From positions 1 through 52,212 of IMG/VR virus record IMGVR_UViG_3300049830_000248: 52,212 nucleotides of DNA. One strand, 5' to 3'. Positions 1 to 6,572 of the stretch are shown piece after piece (position 1 is the first letter of the stretch; every line of letters starts with the position of its first letter). The stretch is from a virus. Taxonomy: Duplodnaviria > Caudoviricetes. Position numbers and translations under genes: made by a program. Under the pieces are notes generated by a model, which was given only the letters and a program-made list of their open reading frames with translations, was not told where the DNA came from and did no database searches.

Positions 1-5
1 TGACG

Positions 6-176
6 ATGAATAAAAATCCCGCAGCCGTGGCGCTCGGCAAAATGAAAAGTGCGGCCAAGTCGAAAGCTGCCCGCGAGAACGGCAAGCTCGGCGGTCGCCC
101 GCGCAAACCAAAGCGTGTGGCTCGGAGTGCTAACGCCGCGCTCTGCGAAGTGGCGGACAAGACGCGACCGAATTAA
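6..176 (+). CDS. Small basic AT-hook-like protein (56 aa), last ORF of a cassette cut by the window start
   Basis: ATG at 6 gives MNKNPAAVALGKMKSAAKSKAARENGKLGGRPRKPK...; GRPRK motif; reads through the AAC of the attC at 128 and stops at TAA 174-176 in its loop. Not in the ORF track. Confidence 0.65.
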   Translation: MNKNPAAVALGKMKSAAKSKAARENGKLGGRPRKPKRVARSANAALCEVADKTRPN

Positions 177-220
177 CCGATGCCGTGGCCCGCCACTTTC
201 GCAGCAGCAAGTGGTTAGAG
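128..220 (-). other. attC site A1
   Basis: TGCTAAC(128-134)-5 nt-GCTCTGCGAAGTGGCGG ... CCGCCACTTTCGCAGCAGC-5 nt-GTTAGAG(214-220); two unpaired bases (T, C) in the right arm on the + strand. Confidence 0.85.
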
Positions 221-241
221 GCGAATAATCGTAATACAAAT

Positions 242-574
242 ATGAAAAATGCAATCGAATGGTTCAAAGAAAAAGGCTTTGACGCTAACTGGAATGGAAA
301 AATAAAGCTGAAGGACATCATCGCTCTGCAAAATGACGCTGCGAAATCCGCGCTGATGACGGCGCAAATGGTCGCGTCCGAAGTCATCCAAAAAGAGGCT
401 ACGAAGTATGCCGTCATCGGCGACCCGATACCCGGCCCACCGGCTGAAATGTCACTGTCAGGACTCCAATACAAAGTCACGAGTGCAATCGTGGCGATGG
501 CGGACAAACTGGAATACATACCTGAAGCCTCTAACGTAGAACTGAGCGACCGGCGCGAGAACAATCAACGATGA
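242..574 (+). CDS. Hypothetical cassette protein (110 aa; possible GTG start at 185)
   Basis: ATG after an A/T-rich leader; cassette ends GTTAGAGGC(214-222)/GCCTCTAAC(527-535) are perfect reverse complements. Confidence 0.7.
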   Translation: MKNAIEWFKEKGFDANWNGKIKLKDIIALQNDAAKSALMTAQMVASEVIQKEATKYAVIGDPIPGPPAEMSLSGLQYKVTSAIVAMADKLEYIPEASNVELSDRRENNQR

Positions 575-639
575 CCGCTACTCTACCAGCATCCGAATTG
601 CAGAGGCCCGCGCCGGTTCGCTCCAGTGATTTGTTAGCG
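529..639 (-). other. attC site A2
   Basis: CTCTAAC ... ACTGAGCGACCGGCGCG / CGCGCCGGTTCGCTCCAGT ... GTTAGCG; bulged T and C in the right arm. Confidence 0.85.
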
Positions 640-1380
640 CGTCCGGCCCGAATCGTTGCGCTGTCTGGCGGGAAGGACTCAACGGCGATGGCACTCGGAC
701 TCGCGGAGCGTGAACCAGACGAATACGAATACTGCATCACGCCGACCGGACGTGAACTGCCGGTGATGGTGGAACACTGGAAGCGCCTCGAATGTCTGCT
801 CGGCAAACCGCTCATCAAAGTGCCCGCGCCGACGCTGGTGGAACTCATCATCAAATACAAAACGCTCCCGAATCACCGGATGCGCTACTGCACGCGCCAA
901 GTGAAAATCGAGCCGTTCCAAATCTACGCGGCAGGCAAAGCTCCGGCGGTGTGCTATGTAGGAATCCGCGCCGACGAAGCGGACTCACGCGAAGGAACTG
1001 ACCACACGGGCATCGTCGGCGTGACGCAAGACTGCCCGCTCGTGCGATGGGGCTGGGACATAAACGACGTGAGGAACTACCTCCGCAAGCGCGGTGTGGA
1101 AGTGCCGGAGCGAACAGACTGTGACATGTGCTACCACCAGCAACTCGGCGAATGGTGGCGGCTGTGGCGCGACCACAAAGACCGCTGGCAGGAAATCGAG
1201 GCACTCGAAGCGTGGACAGGGCACACGCTGCGGAGCGAGCAACGCGACACCTGGCCGGCGAGCCTGAAAGAACTCGCCAAGAAATTTGAGGCTGGATACG
1301 TGCCGAAAGGAGCAGCGCAAACAAACCTCCGCCTCGACGTGTCCGAGCGGTCAACAATGTGCGCGTGGTGTGCTCGATGA
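571..1380 (+). CDS. Phosphoadenosine phosphosulfate (PAPS) reductase-family protein (cassette)
   Basis: PP-loop IVALSGGKDSTAM, RYCTRQVKIEP, VGIRADE, PLVRWGW, CDMC cysteine cluster. Confidence 0.85.
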   Translation: MTATLPASELQRPAPVRSSDLLARPARIVALSGGKDSTAMALGLAEREPDEYEYCITPTGRELPVMVEHWKRLECLLGKPLIKVPAPTLVELIIKYKTLPNHRMRYCTRQVKIEPFQIYAAGKAPAVCYVGIRADEADSREGTDHTGIVGVTQDCPLVRWGWDINDVRNYLRKRGVEVPERTDCDMCYHQQLGEWWRLWRDHKDRWQEIEALEAWTGHTLRSEQRDTWPASLKELAKKFEAGYVPKGAAQTNLRLDVSERSTMCAWCAR

Positions 1381-1402
1381 ACACGAGACGCAACATCCGG
1401 CG

Positions 1403-1525
1403 CGCTAACGCAAAGGCCAGCAACGGCGGGGGACAATGAACGATGAACGCAGAACCGATATTGGAATTGGAACAAGGTGACGAACGCACGGCGCACCCGC
1501 CGTTGGCTGCGCCGCTTGGTTCTGC
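1403..1525 (-). other. attC site A3
   Basis: CGCTAAC ... GGCCAGCAACGGCGGG / CCCGCCGTTGGCTGCGCC ... GTTCTGC; two bulges in the right arm. Confidence 0.85.
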
Positions 1526-1970
1526 ATCCCCGCGTGACAAGCACATCATGTCAGTAATGGGAAGCTCGAAAGACATGACGTGGCCGACACCGACGGAATG
1601 GTTCGACTACCTCGACCTCGAATTTGGCTTCACGCTCGATCCGTGCTGCGAACACGCGACGGCGAAATGCGCGAAGCACTACACGCCAGCCGAAGATGGA
1701 CTGGCGCAACCGTGGAAAGATGAACGTGTCTTTATGAATCCGCCGTATGGCCGCGAAATCGGCGCGTGGATGAAGAAGGCATACGAGGAAGCCCGCGACA
1801 ACGGCGCACTGGTGGTGTGCTTCGTGCCTGCTCGCGTGGATACAAACTGGTGGCATAGCTACGCTGCGAAAGCCACAGAAGTCCGCTATCCAAAAGGGCG
1901 CGTGAAAAACCCGGACGGCGTGGCATGGCCGTTCCCAATCGCGGTGATAATCTACCGCCCGCGACTGTGA
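1443..1970 (+). CDS. Phage DNA N6-adenine methyltransferase, Dam-like (cassette)
   Basis: WPTPTEWF...FTLDPCC, catalytic VFMNPPYG, VPARVDTNWW; cassette ends GTTCTGCATC/GATGCAGAAC are perfect complements. Confidence 0.9.
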   Translation: MNAEPILELEQGDERTAHPPLAAPLGSASPRDKHIMSVMGSSKDMTWPTPTEWFDYLDLEFGFTLDPCCEHATAKCAKHYTPAEDGLAQPWKDERVFMNPPYGREIGAWMKKAYEEARDNGALVVCFVPARVDTNWWHSYAAKATEVRYPKGRVKNPDGVAWPFPIAVIIYRPRL

Positions 1971-1971
1971 T

Positions 1972-2069
1972 GCAGAACGCTCGTGCTGACCTACCCCGCA
2001 TTGACGATGTGGCCCGCGAAAGCGGATGTGAGGGGAACAATAGGGGTTAGGTCCGGCACGTTGTTAGCA
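1972..2069 (-). other. attC site A4
   Basis: GCAGAAC ... TGCTGACCTACCCC / GGGGTTAGGTCCGGCA ... GTTAGCA; two extra bases in the right arm. Confidence 0.8.
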
Positions 2070-2083
2070 GGCGAATTTGAGAT

Positions 2084-2236
2084 ATGAAACAAAAACCGAA
2101 AAGCAAAAAGGCCGACTCTTTGAAGTGGGCAATCGGCCAGCTTGAAAAGATGGCGGCGGAAGAAACAGACCCAAAACTGAAAGCTCTCTGGCTGCGAAGT
2201 GCGGCTGCTGGCTACGAACGAAAGGCAAGGCAATGA
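2084..2236 (+). CDS. Small hypothetical protein (50 aa), first ORF of a two-gene cassette
   Basis: MKQKPKSKKADSLKWAIGQLEKMAAEE...; its TGA overlaps the next ATG (ATGA 2233-2236). Confidence 0.6.
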   Translation: MKQKPKSKKADSLKWAIGQLEKMAAEETDPKLKALWLRSAAAGYERKARQ

Positions 2237-2604
2237 CCGAAGAACTGAAATCAAACACTCCGAAAACGGACGCATACGACAAAGACAACTGGCGTGGCAA
2301 CTCCGCTGGCTGGCGCGAGCGATCAATCACCATCGAGGACGCTCTGGACTTCGCACGCAAGCAAGAATACTCGGCGGCGTGCGCCGAAAAGCTCCTGCTC
2401 GAAATCGGCCATGCGATAGCCGAACGGCTCGAAAAAATCCGCATAGACTCCGACAAAGAACCGCACCGCCGAAACGCAGAGTGCGACATCAAAACCGAAG
2501 ATATGCTGGATATGATAACGCGCAGCATCCACACCTATAAACTCACTCAATCCGACGACGTGGCCGAGCCTGCTAACGTGAAGTCCTGCGGTGGCGGGGA
2601 ATAA
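2233..2604 (+). CDS. Hypothetical cassette protein (123 aa)
   Basis: TPKTDA...DFARKQE phage-like motif; cassette ends GTTAGCAGGC/GCCTGCTAAC. Confidence 0.7.
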   Translation: MTEELKSNTPKTDAYDKDNWRGNSAGWRERSITIEDALDFARKQEYSAACAEKLLLEIGHAIAERLEKIRIDSDKEPHRRNAECDIKTEDMLDMITRSIHTYKLTQSDDVAEPANVKSCGGGE

Positions 2605-2691
2605 ATCTATGAGCGCAAAATCACCAGTTGAAATTGAGGCGAGCGGCGAGCGTAAAAAAATCACGCCATCCGCAGCGACGCTTGGTTCGGC
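2571..2691 (-). other. attC site A5
   Basis: TGCTAAC ... GTCCTGCGGTGGCG / CGCCATCCGCAGCGAC ... GTTCGGC; bulged T and C. Confidence 0.85.
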
Positions 2692-2700
2692 AGCTCCCAC
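2574..2700 (+). repeat. 127-bp exact repeat, internal copy (other copy 52086-52212)
   Basis: Direct comparison from TAACGTGAAGTCC to GCAGCTCCCAC. Confidence 0.95.
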
Positions 2701-2941
2701 GTTCTGCGCTGGCTGTGACTGGTGGAAACCGCGTAGAACGGCAGACGGCATGACCGGACTCGTCGGGTGGTGTGATGCCTTCAAGAAAACAACCAATGCG
2801 ACTCACGGTTCGCGCTGCACTGCGTGGACTCGCTGGCAAGAGCCGCCGAACGATGAAGCCAGCGAACCCGGAACTATGACTCACGACAACCCAAAACCCG
2901 AAGCGGCGAACCCAAGGCGTAATCCGGGTTCGCTGCGCTGA
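2609..2941 (+). CDS. Cys-rich hypothetical cassette protein (110 aa)
   Basis: Starts in the attC A5 loop; CAGC...WC...C pattern; ends inside attC A6. Confidence 0.65.
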   Translation: MSAKSPVEIEASGERKKITPSAATLGSAAPTFCAGCDWWKPRRTADGMTGLVGWCDAFKKTTNATHGSRCTAWTRWQEPPNDEASEPGTMTHDNPKPEAANPRRNPGSLR

Positions 2942-2951
2942 CTGGTTAAGC
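2845..2951 (-). other. attC site A6
   Basis: GCCGAAC ... AGCCAGCGAACCCGGA / TCCGGGTTCGCTGCGCT ... GTTAAGC; bulged C in the right arm. Confidence 0.85.
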
Positions 2952-2972
2952 ATCCCGAACAACAACACAAAT

Positions 2973-3155
2973 ATGAAACTGAAAAAAATAATGATACTGG
3001 AACTGACCGAACTCGAAACCGATGCAATCAAAACGCTCATCGGCAGAACGTCCGAGAAGGCGCGACTCGACCTCGGCCTGACTCTCGCTCAATCCAACAC
3101 TGTGTCTGACATCTACGACCACCTTCCGAATCTGGATGATGGCAAGGATGCTTAA
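2973..3155 (+). CDS. Hypothetical protein (60 aa), attI-proximal cassette
   Basis: Cassette ends GTTAAGCATCC(2945-2955)/GGATGCTTAAC(3146-3156), 11 bp perfect. Confidence 0.7.
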   Translation: MKLKKIMILELTELETDAIKTLIGRTSEKARLDLGLTLAQSNTVSDIYDHLPNLDDGKDA

Positions 3156-3182
3156 CAATCATTAACAAACTTCTGTTCGTAT
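3150..3182 (-). other. Putative attI site
   Basis: The last cassette end is followed by a non-hairpin A/T-rich 26 bp with TTAACAA repeated at 3152 and 3162, directly before the intI start. Confidence 0.6.
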
Positions 3183-4151
3183 ATGAGAATTGAAACCGCC
3201 TTGGAAACATTAAGGGATGTGATTCGCAGGAAACATTTCTCTTTGGCTACGGAACGGAGTTATCTCATGTGGGTGTCACGTTATGCGAGATTTGTTTCTG
3301 ACCTTGCCCGCAGGAATTGCCCGCAGGGATTGCCCGCCCAAAAGTTAGAGGCGTTTCTTACACAACTCGCCCGTCAGGACGTTTCAGCCTCAACTCAAAA
3401 TCAGGCGTTCAATGCGCTAATCTTTTTTTACCGCGAAGTCGTCAAGGTCGAGGTTGGAAACGTAAATGCGTTGCGCGCCAAGAAGCCTGTGCAATTGAGA
3501 TTCGCGCCCGAATTTTCAGAGGTAAAAAAACTGCTCGAATCAGTTCAGGACATTGGAGGCTATCCTACCCGCCTGATTGTGAAATTAATTTACGGTTGCG
3601 GCCTGCGCGTTTCCGAGCCGCTGAATCTTCGCGTGAAGGACGTTTTGCTGGAAGATTCCAAGCTGGTGATTTGCGGAGCGAAGGGCGGAAAAGATCGGTT
3701 TATTTCAATCCCCTGCTCGCTGGCTGGAGAACTGAAAACGCAACTGGCTTTTGCAAAATCGGTTCAGGCGCAAGACCGCACCAATTTGGTTCCAGTTGCT
3801 TTGCCTGGATTGCTGGCGAAGAAATACCCGCATTGGCAGTTCTCTCCGAAATGGGCGTTTTTGTTTCCTGCCCGGACGACTTGCCAACATCCGCGCGAAG
3901 GATTTAATGTCCGATGGCGTTGCCACGAGGCGAATGTTCAGCGGGCGGTTCGGGCAGCGGCGCGGCCTTTGGGTCTGGACATCACGCCGCACCACCTACG
4001 CCACGCCTACGCGACCCACTGTTTGAACAGTGGGCACAATCCGCGAGCGATTCAACAGGCGATGGGTCACAGCCAGCTAGAGACAACGATGGGCTACCTC
4101 CATGCCGAAGCCATGAGCGTTAAATCACCTTTGGAATTTCAAACTCACTAA
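3183..4151 (+). CDS. intI: Integron integrase (IntI-type tyrosine recombinase)
   Basis: IRRKHFSLATERSYLMWV, VSASTQNQAFNALIFFY, YGCGLRVSE, KGGKDR, IntI-specific insertion ALPGLLAKKYP...WAFLFP...HEANVQRAV, HHLRHAYATH, MGHSQLETTMGY; catalytic R-K-H-R-H-Y all present. Confidence 0.92.
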   Translation: MRIETALETLRDVIRRKHFSLATERSYLMWVSRYARFVSDLARRNCPQGLPAQKLEAFLTQLARQDVSASTQNQAFNALIFFYREVVKVEVGNVNALRAKKPVQLRFAPEFSEVKKLLESVQDIGGYPTRLIVKLIYGCGLRVSEPLNLRVKDVLLEDSKLVICGAKGGKDRFISIPCSLAGELKTQLAFAKSVQAQDRTNLVPVALPGLLAKKYPHWQFSPKWAFLFPARTTCQHPREGFNVRWRCHEANVQRAVRAAARPLGLDITPHHLRHAYATHCLNSGHNPRAIQQAMGHSQLETTMGYLHAEAMSVKSPLEFQTH

Positions 4152-4155
4152 AACC

Positions 4156-5241
4156 ATGTTCAAAAACGCAAAAATCTTCTCCATCGGCGCGAATCCAGAA
4201 GAATACCACAGCCAGCCAGCCGAGCGCGGTCAATCCAACTATGTGATGTCGTCATCCGCGCTGCGGATGTTCGCGCTCTGTCCGTCGAAGTGGCGGAATG
4301 GATGGGAGCTTCCGCGCTCCGCGTCCCTCGAATACGGGAGCTTGTTTGATACGCTCATGCTGACGCCGGAGCAGTTTGACACGCGTTACGCGTTGATTCC
4401 AGCCACTTACGATTCGGCGGCGATGAAGTGTCCGAAGTGCGGCTCGGTGTCCGAGGCTGCATCCTGCCGCGCCTGCAAGACCGAGCGCGAGCCGACGACG
4501 ATTCAAAAGCCGTGGAACGGTAATTCGGACACCTGCCGGGCGTGGCTGGACGCGCAGAAGGCCACTGGACGCGAGGTAGTGTCCGCTGACGCCCTGGGGG
4601 ACGCGCAGAGCGCGGCAAAGAGGCTTCTGGCCGACGACCAGCTTAAACGGTTCATCGAAGCCTGTGACAAGCAGGTTTGGCTGACTGCTGACTGGCACGA
4701 CGAAAACACCGGCATCATCGTGCCGGTCAAATGCCTTCTGGACTTGGCGGGAAAGGCAGACAGCGCGTTTGCGAAATCCCTTGGTGATCTGAAAACCACG
4801 AAGAACGCCGCTCCTTTGGCGTGGGCGAAGTGGGCGCATTACGCTGGTTACGAGATTCAGGCCGCTTGGAACACCGACATATTTGTAGCCGCATCGCAGC
4901 GCGAGATTACGAACTTTTGCTTTGTTCTGTCCGAAAGCGAATTCCCTTTTGAAACTGGCCGGCGCTTCATGTCACAAGACCTTCTTGAGCCGGGGATGGA
5001 CACGGGCGACATCGCATCGGGGCGGCGGCAATACCTTGGGATGCTCAAAGGGTATTGCAAATGTGTCAAAAACAACTTCTGGCCGGGATTTGACGACACT
5101 GACGAGGCGAGCGCGGACGGTTGGACGCTGGTTTTACCCGAACCTTACGCAGAACAACGCCGGATGTTCGCTCCGAAATTCAATTATGAGACGGGCGACA
5201 CGGAGGAGGCGGAAGAATCCGACCCAGATTTAATCCCTTAA
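4156..5241 (+). CDS. RecE/exonuclease VIII-like PD-(D/E)XK exonuclease with zinc-ribbon insert
   Basis: EEYH...SSSALR, GSLFDTLML, KCLLD, DLKTT, YEIQAA; CPKC...CRAC insert. Confidence 0.8.
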   Translation: MFKNAKIFSIGANPEEYHSQPAERGQSNYVMSSSALRMFALCPSKWRNGWELPRSASLEYGSLFDTLMLTPEQFDTRYALIPATYDSAAMKCPKCGSVSEAASCRACKTEREPTTIQKPWNGNSDTCRAWLDAQKATGREVVSADALGDAQSAAKRLLADDQLKRFIEACDKQVWLTADWHDENTGIIVPVKCLLDLAGKADSAFAKSLGDLKTTKNAAPLAWAKWAHYAGYEIQAAWNTDIFVAASQREITNFCFVLSESEFPFETGRRFMSQDLLEPGMDTGDIASGRRQYLGMLKGYCKCVKNNFWPGFDDTDEASADGWTLVLPEPYAEQRRMFAPKFNYETGDTEEAEESDPDLIP

Positions 5242-5400
5242 TTCCTGACCTGCCAGCCTGACCGTCTCGCGCATGGCCTCAAACCACTCTTTAGGCGTTC
5301 GGACGCGGGAAACGGGCGTTGGCGAGCGGCGCGGAGCCTTCTGACGCGGTTCGGGCTGGTCGTCATCCAGCCACCAGAACCGTTTATTTCCTGATTTCAT
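5230..5400 (-). CDS. Small hypothetical protein (56 aa)
   Basis: ATG at 5400, MKSGNKRFWWLDD...; last gene of a leftward operon. Confidence 0.5.
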   Translation of the reverse strand: MKSGNKRFWWLDDDQPEPRQKAPRRSPTPVSRVRTPKEWFEAMRETVRLAGQELRD

Positions 5401-5411
5401 AATTTTATGGG

Positions 5412-5651
5412 TTAAGGTTTGGGTAATAGGTAGATGGTCTTGCCACACTCGCAGGCCAACGGCTTTCCGAACGCCTGTTGCCAAAGAAGCGTCTGTTGGT
5501 ATGGCATCACCGAAACCTTCTGGCCGCTCCGGTCGTGGCCGGTGTATTTCGCGCACGAACCAGCGCACTCCACGCAGAGCAGCGCGCCGTTGTCGCCGGA
5601 GTAGATGACGCCTGCTTTCAACACTGGCGTCGTATGGTCGAGCGGTCTCAC
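5412..5651 (-). CDS. Zn-binding hypothetical protein (79 aa)
   Basis: CVEC...CECG; the GTG start overlaps the stop of a 31-aa ORF (5743-5648). Confidence 0.55.
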   Translation of the reverse strand: MRPLDHTTPVLKAGVIYSGDNGALLCVECAGSCAKYTGHDRSGQKVSVMPYQQTLLWQQAFGKPLACECGKTIYLLPKP

Positions 5652-5748
5652 GATTGCACCGCCTTTCCTTCGGTAAACATGACGGAATAATTGACCCATC
5701 CAAGCGCGCTTACGCCTTTGTATTGTCGAGTTTCAGTTTTCATTTTTG

Positions 5749-6048
5749 TTAGTCGTTGGAGTGCCGGTCGGCACGTTCAGTTTCTTCGATGCTGCTCGGC
5801 GACGGAGCGGAGATAGCTTCCGCGTTCTCCCTGCCCACAGTTTCCGATGGGCTAGTTCGCTGTTCCGCCGCCGAGAAGATTTTCGGAGTGTGATTTCGGA
5901 CATAGATGCCGAGCGCGTCAGGGTAGTAGCACCCGTCGCGGTCACACTTGTTGATTAGCTCTTTCATCAGGTCGGGCAGCCAGCAGGCCGGAGCTTCTAC
6001 GATCTGCCGCTGTAGTTCTTCGATTGTTATTTTCATATTTATTTTCAT
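5749..6048 (-). CDS. Hypothetical protein in an ectopic gene cassette
   Basis: Bounded by GTTGGAGTG(5755) and CACTCCAAC(6063-6071) plus an attC. Confidence 0.65.
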   Translation of the reverse strand: MKINMKITIEELQRQIVEAPACWLPDLMKELINKCDRDGCYYPDALGIYVRNHTPKIFSAAEQRTSPSETVGRENAEAISAPSPSSIEETERADRHSND

Positions 6049-6064
6049 ATTTATTTTCCGGTCA

Positions 6065-6158
6065 CTCCAACCAATCGCCGAAGCGAAAGTGGCGGGCGAT
6101 GGCCATTGGTTAATCCGAACGTCTCCCGTCCGCCACTTCGCTTGGCTCGGCGTTGATC
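6065..6158 (+). other. Orphan attC site homologous to A1, opposite orientation
   Basis: CTCCAAC ... GCCGAAGCGAAAGTGGCGG / CCGCCACTTCGCTTGGC ... GTTGATC; closely resembles the reverse complement of 128-220. Confidence 0.8.
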
Positions 6159-6430
6159 TTGAGCGTGTCGAGGTTGCGCCAAGCCGTCTTGCCGTTGCGC
6201 TCGTTCTTCACCAGCGCGCGGGCAACCCCATACGCAAGCTTGAAATCCGTAATGGTTACGAGGGTTTCCTCAACCGCGCCAGCATACAGCAGGGCGGTTG
6301 AGCCGATGAGTTTCTGCGATTCGATTGTGGTCATAAGTCGCCCACCGCGAATCTGGTCGTTGATGTGGTTCGCAATCAACTCGGCGTTTGGCCCGATGAT
6401 CTCTATATTGCTTCCAAGTATCGTTTTCAT
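6110..6430 (-). CDS. Hypothetical protein (106 aa)
   Basis: First gene after a leftward promoter; C-terminus encoded by the attC arm. Confidence 0.65.
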   Translation of the reverse strand: MKTILGSNIEIIGPNAELIANHINDQIRGGRLMTTIESQKLIGSTALLYAGAVEETLVTITDFKLAYGVARALVKNERNGKTAWRNLDTLKINAEPSEVADGRRSD

Positions 6431-6478
6431 ATCAATTCCATTGGTTAATTGTTGATTCCAGTTTTGCCTAGCACCGAT

Positions 6479-6507
6479 AAACTACCATTGTGCCGAATAG
6501 GTGTCAA
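6479..6507 (-). promoter_or_regulatory. Sigma70-like leftward promoter
   Basis: TTGACA-17 bp-TAGTTT on the - strand. Confidence 0.6.
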
Positions 6508-6572
6508 CGTCTATTTCATCTTTTCTTTATCCCCTTGACTTTTCCAGCCGCTACGCCGATTTTCCCGCTGAT

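Larger units (their letters stand above)
128..4151. mobile_element. Integron, proximal part: cassette array, attI-like site and intI
   Basis: Six attC hairpins, cassettes with reverse-complementary ends, and an adjacent IntI-family integrase; the array continues at 50020-52212. Confidence 0.9.

Noticed and set aside
128-2951. CRISPR array or REP elements
   Set aside because: The repeats are non-identical 90-125 bp hairpins separated by whole genes; no cas genes were seen.
3174-3187. LexA box upstream of intI
   Set aside because: Only a TGTTC half-site; no palindromic partner and no CTGT-N8-ACAG.
3317-3907. 196-aa alternative-frame ORF within intI
   Set aside because: No motifs, Arg-rich composition typical of off-frame GC-rich sequence; unlike the intein case there is no domain signal.
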